From: Catajapyx aquilonaris
Lineage: Eukaryota
Length of the DNA: 46,112 bases
NCBI GenBank assembly: GCA_000934665.2
Contig: JYFJ02003222.1
Location: forward strand, 1 to 46,112
Reading direction: 5' to 3'
This document shows, piece after piece, positions 23,745 to 35,257 of this stretch (its first letter is position 1; the number at the start of each line of letters is the position of its first letter). The notes beneath the pieces were generated by a model. The model was given only the letters and a program-made list of their open reading frames with translations, was not told the origin of the DNA and did not search any database. The position numbers were made by a program, and so were the translations under genes.

Positions 23745-26356
23745 GACCAGGCAGTGACATTCGACGACGAAGTACCGAAGTAAGACGGTGCGGAGGTAGC
23801 GCCTGCGCTGCTGGAGCGGCGTTTATGGGAACTTCTAGGGGTTATAGAGGACACCAAGACAAACATTTTTCACATAGGAATCCGGGTCAGGAATGCCATC
23901 TAGAGGGGGTTCATAGACAAGGAACGGATGTGTCACTAACGAGCAGACTGTTTAGTTACTAGGTGATGCACGGAGAGTAAACACCGTCTCGACGAGCAAT
24001 AACCTGGCAACAACAGATCCACCTAGCAACTAAAGCTCTCTTGCTAGGCAGCCTGCAGATAGTAAACAACGGCTCTGTTGTTGCCAGGTTATTGCTCATC
24101 ATGTCGGTGTTTACTATCTGCTTGTCACCGAGTAACTAAACAGTCCGCTTGTTCGGCCCTTCTGCCTGACACGTCTGAGCGCACCCGTTCCTTGTCTATG
24201 AACCCCCTCTAGATGGCGTTTCCGGACACGGGTTCCTATGTGAAAAATGTTTGTCTTGGTCCCCTCTATTACCCCTAGAAGTTTGTCGGTTGAATTCATT
24301 TACGCTCCCCAATAATTGCAAGATGTCATACCAAAAAAAAAAAAAATTGTAGGCCTACTCATTACTTTTTATTATTTAAAACAAAAATCACACAATCTGC
24401 CCCCACCCTCCAAAAAATAACTTCAAGTGGAGTATAATTGATGATCTTTGTTTTCCGCACAGGTTATTCGTGTTTAGAATTTACTCCTGTTGATGGTATC
24501 AAGTGTGAGCCGGAGGAGTTTCAGGAAGATCCTGAAACTGCAGAAGTTCCGTGCAGTTCAGATTTTCATGAGCCAATGTTCATGCAAGGATCTGAACAGG
24601 AAAGAGGTTTTGAAAGTGAGGTAAGGTACTAGTGCTCATAGCAAGGTTTACAGTTTTAACATTAAAAAAAAGTCATCATAGAAGGAGAGTTCATGAAAAA
24701 GTAGCTTTAATTCCTATTAACATTATATTCAAATCACATTCATTTAAATAAATGGGAAGTATTTACCTATCAGCAAATTAATCCAATTGTTACATGCTGT
24801 GTGCTGGGCATGATCTACCTTGATACTGATTGGGCACTACATCAAATTTTGTAGCTGTGGCCTCATATAAAGGGACATTTACAGTACCGTTTATACTAGT
24901 GATTCCTTCTTGTTGGTTTAGGCAAATTGGAAGCAGGAGACCACAGAATGTGCCCAAGATGAGATGGTCACTGAAGAAGCAAGTGTACTTTCTGAAGGAG
25001 ACCCCCTGCTGAGAGGAGCCAACATGTACGGTCAGCCTGCAGAATTTGGCACAATAGCAGAAAAGGTGAGCTAGATACATTGCTGCTGTGTAATTTGCCA
25101 TCATGCAGATAAATAGTTCATGAGTTTGTGGAAGACAACATTTCATAAGAACAAATGGTGTTCTGACAATATCAAGCCATCATTTAGAAAGAGAATATCT
25201 GCTGCTTTCTTGCTTTAAATTTAGTTAAAGGACCATCAAAATGAGATATAATACAGGGATGTGACAATATGTTGCTTTTAGACAAAATGGTTACAGCTCT
25301 CTGATAATAACTGATAATAAAGATCTAAATCAGCATTCTACAAGATCAGGTGCTTATTCTAATTATTCTGTTTTTGACATTTCCAATCATGTCATATGCA
25401 TGAATAAGTGTACCTGCTAGACCGACCTCATGTGCGCCACCCCTACGTGCATTGTACTGAACTTGTGCAGCATATCTTATTTGTGCCTCTGTTAATACAG
25501 GGGCACAATCTCAAGGAGCAATGAAACAATATTTTATAATATTGTAACAAAATTACAAATTATGCATGGCATAAAAAATTATATAATAATAATTATAATC
25601 CATTGAATCAATTACTTATGTGCATGTGTATGCGTTCTCTTTTAGAGTAACTATCAGCAGGGCAAGCTGATGGATATGCAAGATTCTTTTCAATTTGGAG
25701 CTGGAGATAAGAGATCTAATACTACCTCAGAACTGGAAGCAAGATCAAATCTGTACACTGGAATTGCGGAAGGTCATGGAACATACGAATTCAGCGTCAA
25801 GCATGGTGATAGTTCAGTCCTTATGGTTACAAATAGTAGAAGAGGCCGCCCTTCAAGAAGTGATTGTGGTAACTCAGCTTCCGAGAGGTCAGGTGTGATG
25901 CCAGCTAATGTGTCAAGCAATAATGCAGTCTGTTCAAACAGCCTTAGGACTGCAACAGAGTATGAATTGCCAGGTCACCAAGGAAAGAAAGAGCAAGTTT
26001 GTCCTATTTGCAAAAAGGTGTTTACTTTGAAGGGAAATATGGTGAAACATTTGCGAGCCACACATTGGGGAGTGCGACCATTTTCTTGTGACATATGTAA
26101 CAAGGCCTTTAGTCGACGCAGTCATTTGAAGGCGCATGTTCATTTGCACACTGGAGAGAGACCGTATTGTTGCAAGGTTTGTGGAAAATCATTTAGTCAA
26201 AAGGGTGCTTTGCGTGCACACATGACTCTGCACACCAGAGAAAAGATTTTTTCTTGTGATGTATGTGGTATTACATTTGCTACCAAGAGAAATTTGGCTA
26301 CCCACAGAAGGGTTGGCCACTTGCCAGGAATCACACTGGAGGAAGAGCCCCATTGA
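22746..26356 (+). CDS. Gene D: coiled coil + acidic linker + 4 C2H2 zinc fingers, about 411 aa; exons 22746-22968, 24463-24620, 24922-25065, 25646-26356
   Basis: Exon 1 VLQMLHGIYQLLEKSLVQSDRIEKKVEEVEKRVERIE, exon 2 IKCEPEE, exon 3 ANWK...GDPL. The last exon has four C2H2 fingers including a TGERPY linker. Phases 1,0,0. Confidence 0.85.
23697..23741. repeat. (GA)n microsatellite
   Basis: Pure GA run in intron 1 of gene D. Confidence 0.95.
23830..24303. mobile_element. Foldback MITE with eroded termini, same family as 1-238
   Basis: AACTTCTAGGGGT.ATAGAGG...CCAAGACAAACATTTTTCACATAGGAA pairs with TTCCTATGTGAAAAATGTTTGTCTTGG...ACCCCTAGAAGTT; inner arms GAGCAATAACCTGGCAACAACAGA / TCTGTTGTTGCCAGGTTATTGCTC. 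Confidence 0.85.
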
Positions 26357-27928
26357 ACTGTTCCTGGCAGGAGAGAGTAAATCATGCGCTTAGAGCAGTG
26401 ATCTGAAGAGTTACGTTGCAATGACTGAAGAAATGATCTGATTGTGAATCAAGATCTGCAAAGCAAGGTACTAGCGCAAAATTACACTATTTCTACAGCA
26501 ATTTAGTTTTGAGTGTAGGCGCAAGCGGAAGATGGAGTGGTTTGGCCATGAGGCAATTAGAGGACATTATGCACATATAGGGAAGGCGTATGAATGTGGA
26601 TGGTACAGTACTATAGTGCCACCGGTGTTCAGGTGCAAATGGTATGCTCACCCACCAGCGTTCAAGATCTGGCGTAAGAGACTTTCATATTCATGTCTGT
26701 TTTCTTCCATAAGAATATTCCAGCATTTCAGGAACATCAACAGATTATGAGAGGACACTGGCTGATATTTAGGGCACTGCAGACTACCTAAGGTACAGTC
26801 CCGAGCATAATGTTGGAGATGCTGCGGGCCTTCTCTGACCTTCTCTGACCTTCCTTCAACCAACTCAAATTAACTGACCGTTTTTAGGCCAGGTTAGCTG
26901 CTGTAGGCATGTGTTCGTGTATTTAGAACCATATATTTTATACCGTAATGGCGGGGATTGGCAGAGCACCCTGCCGGAGGGGAAGGCCTGCTGTCTCCAA
27001 CTTTATGCTTGGGACTGTTCATTCCTGTGAATGTAATGGACCCTAAAAAGATGCGATATTGCAACAATGTCTGGTTTTTCTATAGGTGGTAAACTGGTTT
27101 TATTTTCCCAGAAGGATAATCATTTCTTCATATTCCAGCATGACAATCATAGGTTAAAGGTACAGATACATATTTAAAATGGAGACTGTTTCCAGAAACT
27201 ACAAGCCCAAGCGACGCCATTCTCATGATGTCACACAGCGACGGCATTCTTTGGGGCAAAACATCACTGACGGTATACACTTATCTGCAACTTCAAGCCA
27301 CTGGATAATATACTCTGGAATAATAATTGACTATGACCTCAAGCAAGGCACATTTTGTATGAAGAAAAATACTTCCTGGTAATGAGGCAGAAGTTTTTGT
27401 AGGATGGGCAACTCTCATCTAAATGTATATTATTTACCTATTTGTTTATTTTTTTACTTATGAAATTCTGATGGAGCATTTAAAATTATTATGGCATTCA
27501 AAAGTTGTGACTAACTGACAAGTGAGTATAACAATATGGCAAGAACTTTCATAGTTGGTGTTCCCGGAAAACATGACCTTATCGCAGTGTACACATGTTT
27601 TCATTAAAATTTCAGTGTTGCGCCATAATACCCAAAGTGTGATAATAACCTGGAGCAGTTCTCAGGTGCAAGACAATATTTTCAGCACTGCCTCCCTGAC
27701 CGCCAATTTCCTTGCATTTTCATATTATTTTATTGGTCTTGTGAGATGAGAGGAGAAGTGTTGAGTTTGTCCGCATAGGGCGCCCCACTCCAAGGCAAAA
27801 CAATCAGCGCCTCCAAACGGACAGGGGTTGAAACAATCTACAGGCACATCTTCTGGACCGTCCATGTACGTGTTGCACCTCGTGGCAGCGCAAAATTTTC
27901 GCAAAACCACCAGTTGCACTGTGATCTG

Positions 27929-30900
27929 ATGGAGGGGATGGGGATGAACGAAGAAGAGGTGGCAATGGAGACGATTGTGGCGAGGCTCCTTCCGGACGAC
28001 GGAGACGGCGGGGAACTGGTCCGGATGCTGAGGGACATACACGTGTTGCTGGAGAGGAACCTGCTTCAGTCCCAGAGGACAGAGGGGAAGGTGGACCAGG
28101 TGGGGATCCGTCTGGAGGAGGTCCACAGGAGGGTGGGACGCATAGAGGAAGCCGCGCTGGTCATCGGGGCGGGCAAAAGAAATGGAGATGCAGCAGGTGA
28201 GACAAAGGAGTCCTGCAGGGTGTGACTTATTAGTCTGTCGTCTGTGCAGCGGCATATTCATTGGCCCAAAACAAGTCGAAAATGTAGGGGGAAGAAATGT
28301 CATAGGACAAACCAGTAACGAGGTAGAGGACCAGATAATTGGCAATACATTACACAGGTTGTTCCCTTAATATTTCTCACCCCTACATTTTCGTCTTTTT
28401 TTGGCCCCACAGGACTAATGAGTCACAATTCCCATACATCAATTATTGATGTATGGGAATTGTGACTCTATTGATGTATGGGAATTGTGACTCATTAGTC
28501 CTGTGCAGCAGTGTATTCCTTGGGCCAAAAAAAAGACGAAAATGTAGGGGTGAGAAATATCAAGGGAACAACCTGTGTGATGTATTGCCAATGTATCTGG
28601 TCCTCTACCTCGTTAAGTCAAGGAAAAAACTCCACAGTCAAAGGGTTAATGCAATTAAATTATTTAATTACATTAACCCTTTGACTGTGGAGTTTTTTTC
28701 TTGACCAAAATTTGTAGTAGGAGTGATGAAAAGCAATATGCTCCAATCATTTCAACTCGGGGTGGTGCTTCTGATTGTAAAATGCTGAAAAATTCATCTA
28801 GAGGGTGTTCCAGAAACAAATTTAAAGTGCAGTTAACTTTAAATGTAATTAGATTTATTAAAATTTTTAAAGTCACTACAAAATTGTTACTATGGTACCA
28901 AAATAATACTATAACTGTTTACTATGAGAAAAAGTCCTGACTTACGGGACCCCCAGTTCTGCGGGAGGGGGTATATTTAGCTCACGCTGGGAGGCGGAAA
29001 AACTGATTAGCATATGCCATGGTAGTTGAGCCCCCTTCACGAGGTGGTAGGAGCAGGAGTTTAAACTCTAGCGTGCCCAGTTCACAAACCCGCAGGACCT
29101 CATATGAGGCACGTAGCCCTCATATGGTTAAACAATCACATTTCCAGTGTTGTCTGAGATCTGTTGATTTTCTCTGTGTAAGAAATAGCAGTTTTCTAGT
29201 TTGATACTTTTAAGCAAGACTAGAAAAACCCTCGCTTCACTCACATTTCTCTATGGTGCAGGCCAAGAAGGCCTCTTCGTTCGCTTTTTCTAGGCCTGCC
29301 GCCTGGGGTGGTGGAGGCCATACTGTTAATCCCTCCAGATTTACAGCCAGTGATGATGCCCACCCCCCAATCATATGCACCACCCCCATCCGTTCCTCCG
29401 TTGTAAGGTGCATTCGCATATCCATGATTCCATATTAGAAGCCTTTCAAAATTTGACCACAATTGATTATGCAATTGAATTTTCCATTATTGCAACGTTC
29501 CTTGAATGTTCCAAACAAAGGGTCACTAACACACAGCAATGTTCCAAACTCCACCGTTCCAAACAAAGGGCTGCCAACATTATTTTCCACATGTGTATGT
29601 GTATGATTAGCATTGGGCATGTTCATCTTGATTATCCAAATGCCTGATTAACGCGCCCATTGACACTCCGAGTAATAGAAGTTAGTGATAATAATTAATT
29701 CTCACGAGTATTAACATACTATCGTAACATTCAAAAGGGCATACATTTCTTCACCCGCGCATACAACAATTCTTTTAGATATGTAGTGTCCAACGTCAGG
29801 AATTAATTAATTGCACAGCCCATGTGCCAGCGTGCCAAGTAAAACCTTGGCTAATTCCGCGACACACATGGTCAGGAATCCTGGGAAACTAATTTCGAAA
29901 TCCAACAATAAGTAAAGTAGACTTGTGCGGATAGAGTGAACCCGGCAAATTGGAAGTTGACCATGTCACCTACTTAGGTTACACTAAATCTGAATATAAG
30001 AACAGTTTGCAGCTGTCTTTTGCGGTTTAGGCCCTGATACCTGTCCACGGACAGACAGACAGACAGATGTTCTATAAGATTTTTTTTCGATGATGAGAAA
30101 AAGTTTAAAACTGTGTCCATATTTTGTATGTAACATGTATTTATTTTTTTTTGCAGGGGAGGATTATTATGAAGATGACAAAATACACATTATCAAGACT
30201 GAACCAGGAGAAGTTGAAGCACCTTTGGAATCCTCTTTAACCCCAAGTCCATGCTTCCTTGGTGCCTTTGATGAGATTATCTTCACACAATTAACAGAAG
30301 ATATTGCCAATGATTTTAGTCCAGAGGTGAGATCAAGAGTTGCTAATGATCACATATGTATAAGTTACCTCTAAGAAGGGGGAATTCTGGCAAAGAATGG
30401 CAGATGTGGACAGAAATTGAGCAGTGGGAAAATCACGGGAATACTATAATTCATTGGAAAGCATAAAAACACGTGACATGCACCCATTTTAAAAATATGA
30501 GTAATGACAGATCCATGGTGCTGATTAAAAGGGAAACAGATGCATTCTGCACCTGGGGAAGTGTTTGGAGCTTGGTCTCTGAATCCAAAGGTTCCGTGTA
30601 CTCGTAAAGTACAAATCAATAATTGTGAGGCCAAGTGTTTCCCCTCCTCCCTTCTTGTTTTCTTCTGAAGTTCTTTTTCTGCTCTTACATTTTGCTGTTA
30701 CACTGTTCTACAAAATAACACATTTCTATTTTCTGAAGATTTGAATAATAATTCCTATTGTACTTTCTGCGCTGAATCCGAATATCTGCTCAGAAGGTTT
30801 CCGTCGGGCACAGTTTTTGAGATATACCATTTTAAAGTTTGGAACGGTTTACTAGGGGTCTTTCCGAATCAAGTGGGCCTAAATGTTGCTAGACCGTCTC

Positions 30901-33900
30901 GGATCTTGGTGAAAATAATCACCCACAAGAATTCCAAAATGGGAATGTCCGCATATGTGGACAATAGGTCACAGTTTAACCCAGAGGAATGACTGTTTCT
31001 GTTGCATTTTCTGGGCACTCCATCAGTGCCAAGCAGGAATAATGTTAGGCTTGTCCAATATAACCCACCAGAATGTCAAAATGGTAATGTCCATATGATG
31101 TTCAATGATGATGGCTCTCCCCGCCAACCTACTGGAAGAGCAGAGGCGAATATATAAACCAAGGCCTGCTTCTGGTGTCTGGTGCTCTTAAGTAGTCATT
31201 TCTGGCCACCTTAAATGTACCAGAGCATTTCTCTTGCCCATGGGCAGAGAAGGGAATGCAATTCAGTCAATTCTACCCGGACATGTCGGGTGAAAAGCGG
31301 AAAAAGACCCGACCAAGCGAAGGTGACTGCCTGATGCGGACGGGATTTGAATCCCGGACCTCCCGCTTGGCTGGCCAGTAGAATAGCCACTAGACCACCA
31401 TGTCTGCCGCTGCCAAGTGACTTTCGCCTGTCCGAATGTATTTAAAAAGTCCCTTCGCCGATGCCATTTCGAGGGCATTTTTTACTGTGAAGAGTTGTCC
31501 TGGAGTCGGTGCGCCGCACCACCAAAAAGTGGTATTTTTCACAACACTGAGAAAGCAACTTAGTAATACGTTTTACAGACTAGAAAAAAGTAACAGTCTC
31601 TGAATGTCACAGAACGAATACTGTTTAGGCACTTAAATATTTTATTACTATGTTCTTCAGTGCAAAACTAAATGATCCTTTATTGATTCAGGTAAAGATA
31701 GAAGATACTGAGGACATTAATGATGAAATAGAAGCAGAAAGTCTTAGCCTTGGAAGTGAGGATCCACTTCAGCTAGACGCTGCCGACAATGTCGACTGCT
31801 CAGATGGACAGCCAGACAGTGGCACAGCTGAAGAATATAATGTGAGTTTTCCAGAAGATTGCATGATTTACCGACTGGATGGTTGTCATGGTGTTATTCC
31901 TTTCTGCCTTACCTAACCCTGTTGTAGCAGGACGGTGTTGCTATTATACAGTAGACTGTGGATATAACAAACTTCAAGGGACTGCTGAAATCTGTTTTTT
32001 ATAAGCAAGGTCTGTTATAGTTAAATACACAGGCCATATACAGTGGTGGCCACAATTATATTACTGTACCTTTTTGTATTTTGGGCACAGGTTTTTCAGA
32101 ATTTTCCGATTGAGCTGAAATTTTAACATGCCATGCACAAAGGCATTTGAAGAGAATATGTAAGATTGGAAGAATTTTTGAGTTGTATTTAATAAAAATA
32201 AACAATGTTTTTGTTTATTTTTTCACGTACTTCAAAATTCAACAAAATCTTCAAACAACCATAACATTCTGAAAACTCAACCAAATGCTACAAAATATGA
32301 CAAGCCAGTCACTCACCTCTTGTAATTGGTCTGGTACCCTTGGCGTTGGTGACAGTTTGACATCTGCGAGGCATTGAGGCGACACACTTGCCTAACACCG
32401 ATTGTGGGATCTTGTTCCACCCTACCGCCAGTTGCTTGTACCTATCGGTGGTCCTGGATGCTATTTTGTTCTTCAGATGACATCCAAGATCCTCCCATAA
32501 GTGCTCGATCAGATTGGGGTCCGGAGATCAGCTTGGCCAGTCCATTATGGCCACCCTCTACTAGTGCAGCCAAGTGCGGACAAGCGTGGAGGAGTGCTTT
32601 GGGTCCTTGTCATGCTGGTACAGTAGAGACTGGCCAAAAGCACTCCTTGCATATGGACACATGACTTGGAGGATATCCCTGAACACCTCCTTGGTCAGAA
32701 TGCCTATAATTCGGTGTAGGAGATTGATTCCAAGAAAGCTGAAGCAGCCCAATCTCAACTGGACACAGATACAGTGGGTGAAGTCTTCTGGTTAGACGAA
32801 TCAAGATTTCTGATGTTTGGAACTGATGGAATAACCTACGTTCATCGTCCCAAAGGTGACCAATTTGATCTCAAGCACTAGATACTGACCGACAGGCAAG
32901 GTGGAGGATCCACGATAGTCTGGGGCTGCTTCAGCTCTCTTAGAATCAATCTCCTGCACCGAATTATAGGTATTTTGACCAAGGAAGTGTTCAGGGATAT
33001 CCTCCAAGAAGTCATGTGTCCATATACAAGGAGGGCTTTTGGCCAGTCTCTACTATACCAGCATGACAAGGACCCAAAGCACTCCTCCACGCTTGTCTGC
33101 ACTTGGCTGCACCAGTAGAGGGTGGCCATAATGGACTGGCCAAGCTAATCTCCGGACCCCAATCTGATCGAGCACTTATGGGAGGATCTAGGAACAAAAT
33201 AGCATTCATTAGGGGGGTGGAACACCACCATACTTTCCATTTTCTTGGTTTTTTCCTTCAAATTCCGGTGCAGGGAAATCGGGGAAAGTGGGTAAGGATA
33301 GGGATTTTTTTGAGGAGGGGATGCGGGTGCAAGTGCAATGTCTCAAACTGGGCCATGTGCAGTCCCCCAGGAGGTTAGGTTGCCAGACACCTCCTTGGTG
33401 CAGGTCAGAGACCCTCCTGATGCAGCCGAAAGGGAAATCCCGTGCGGGGATCAAACCCGGGACCTTTCGATCAGCAAGCCAAGCCGTTACCAGCTCAGCC
33501 ACCACACCTCCCCCAAAAAGGCAATATAATTATGGCCACCACTGTAATTATGGAAATATTGTGGAACCAGCCTTTCGAGCCCGCTAATACCAGAGTTTGT
33601 TACAGCCGAGGGTGTAATATCCATAGTCAACTGTATACATGGAGTCAATGTAGCTTACCTCTCCTCTGTCCTGCTATTCCCATTACATCTGGCATCCATC
33701 TTCCATGCGAAATACTAGTCCAAAACACTAGTTTCAAGGTAAAATTGCAAAATTATAAATGCTCTGCATGATAAGCAGGCATTGATGATTGAGTGGGGAA
33801 AAATTCCTTTTGACCTCTTATGCAACGTGTAGTTAGTCTTGTGAAGAAGGAGGAGAGTCGGCCAAGCGGCATGGGCTGCAGGCCGACAGAGTCTAAATAA

Positions 33901-35257
33901 AGAAACGAACAAACAACAAACAAACAACAAACAATGTGCAGTTAGTAATAACTGGAAACTGGGTTTTAACACAAATTCATTTAAATGTCAGGGGCCACTT
34001 TTAGTACGCCATATTTACAGCCGCATGGTCAGAGCTGTAATTCTCTCCATATTACTTGTAGTGAAGCAACCGATGGGACAGTTACACCCTAACTTATACT
34101 GTATGAAAATTCTGAAGGTTATGGGGATGAGATTATTGTGCATGAAGATTTTTAAAATGACCATGTGTCGCCTTGGTGTATTTTCCCATACTAATTTAAT
34201 TTCTTTAAAGGATAACTATCAACTGGTTGTGCCAGGAACATCTCAGGACTGTGGTAAGGAATGTTACCCCAAGACTTCTAAGATAACATGTGAGAAATCT
34301 CACTCAGCGAAGCTTCAGGATTTCATGAGGCAGAGAATTGATCTTATGGAAAGTGCCAATAGTACAATAGTAATAAAGAAACGAGTGCCAGGGAGGCTGC
34401 CTGAGAAAGAGGACATCCAGGACAATGTGGCCTGCTCCAACAGCGATGCAGAACCTCCAGGGAAGCTCAAAAAAGGCAGACCTAAGAGCAATTATGAACA
34501 GGAAAGTAGTTCTGAAGGTTCATCATCATTAGTCAAGGGCAAGAAACAATTAACAAAGAAAAAACAGGGATTACTTTCATTGCGTACAAAAACATCAGAA
34601 AAACGGAAGGTGAGCAAATTGGGAGGTCATCAAGGAAATACAGTGATGAAGATATATTCTTGCAAAGACTGCAAGAAATTATTCACTTGTATGGCAAGTG
34701 TGACCAGGCATTACCAAGCCATTCACATGGGTATAAGACCATACCCTTGTGGATCTTGTCACAGGACATTTTATCGTCCAACTGAATTGAGAAAGCATGT
34801 CCTATCACATGGGATGGAAGAGGGGAAATTTAGTGGCAAGGTATGCTCAGAAAAATTTAATGAGGCTGAGAACTTGCCTGATCACAAGCACACTAATAAG
34901 CAAAGTCAAGGGAAGCAGGAATATAGGTGCAAGATTTGCTCAAAAGCTTTTAATCAGCGTAGGAGCATGCAAATTCATATGGGTGTGCACACCAGACTCA
35001 AACGGAGATTGCATTTGGTGCCACCACTGGATAAGAAAATCACTGTTTGCACTGTTTGCACTGTTTGCGATAGAAAATTCTCATGCCAGGCCAGTCGGCA
35101 GCTCCACTACGATGCCGTTCATTTGGGGCTCAGGCCTCATGTGTGCAGCATTTGTGGAAAGTCATTCCATTACAAAAGTAACTTGCAGGTTCATCTGATA
35201 CGTGTCCATGGAGAAACGAACCCACTTCCACGTAAGAAGCGGCAATCTTTTAAGTAA
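27929..35257 (+). CDS. Gene E: coiled coil + acidic linker + 5 intact and 1 degenerate C2H2 fingers, about 544 aa; exons 27929-28196, 30157-30326, 31692-31841, 34211-35257
   Basis: Exon 1 LVRMLRDIHVLLERNLLQSQRTEGKVDQVGIRLEEVHRRVGRIE, exon 2 IKTEP, exon 3 VKIE...EDPL, last exon starts DNYQ (gene D: SNYQ). Phases 1,0,0. The start codon and exon 3 acceptor are less certain. Confidence 0.8.
28316..28615. mobile_element. Palindromic MITE-like element
   Basis: TAACGAGGTAGAGGACCAGATA...TATCTGGTCCTCTACCTCGTTA with pairing to the centre; internal tandem duplication of TATTGATGTATGGGAATTGTGACTC. Confidence 0.8.
28617..28705. repeat. Inverted repeat made of two piggyBac-like termini back to back
   Basis: ...CTCCACAGTCAAAGGG|TTAA, an AT-rich spacer, then TTAA|CCCTTTGACTGTGGAG... 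Confidence 0.6.
29220..30079 (-). mobile_element. Non-autonomous Helitron (Lep1-like organisation)
   Basis: Minus strand begins A|TCTTATAG followed by (CTGT)n and ends GAGTGAAGCGAGGGTTTTTCTAG|T. This gives 5' TC, 3' CTAG, an A|T target and no TSD. Confidence 0.65.
31095..31404 (-). mobile_element. tRNA-derived SINE (tRNA-Gly(GCC)-like head)
   Basis: A box TGGTCTAGTGG, GCCAGCCAAGCGGGAGGTCCGGG, B box GATTCAAATCC; (CAT)n-like 3' tail. The 3' boundary is approximate. Confidence 0.65.
32041..33544. mobile_element. Defective Tc1 (DD34E) element with inverted-duplicated transposase fragments
   Basis: TA|CAGTGGTGGCCACAATTATATT ... AATATAATTATGGCCACCACTG|TA. Plus strand reads VFWLDESRF, GGGSTIVWGCFS, YQHDKDPKHSS and WPS*SPDPNLIEHLW (34 residues between D and E). 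The same D..E segment plus the C-terminal SMPRRCQTVTNAKG is on the minus strand. Confidence 0.9.
33206..33508 (-). mobile_element. tRNA-derived SINE inside the Tc1 element
   Basis: A box TGGCTGAGCTGG, B box GGTTTGATCCC, AATG-type tail at the point where Tc1 arm homology stops. Confidence 0.7.

Larger units (their letters stand above)
31949..33633. mobile_element. Tigger/pogo-like MITE (outer shell of a nested insertion)
   Basis: TA|CAGTAGACTGTGGATAT ... ATATCCATAGTCAACTG|TA. Confidence 0.7.

Noticed and set aside
30760..30980. Additional DNA-transposon remnant
   Set aside because: It looks repeat-like, but I could not find a matching second terminus or TSD.
31332..31404. Functional tRNA-Gly gene
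   Set aside because: The acceptor stem does not pair well and the sequence continues into a body with a microsatellite tail, so it is better read as a SINE head. The same applies to 33435-33508.
34025..34210. Hydrophobic N-terminus of the 410-aa ORF as a signal peptide
   Set aside because: It lies upstream of the acceptor at 34210/34211 and is most likely intronic.
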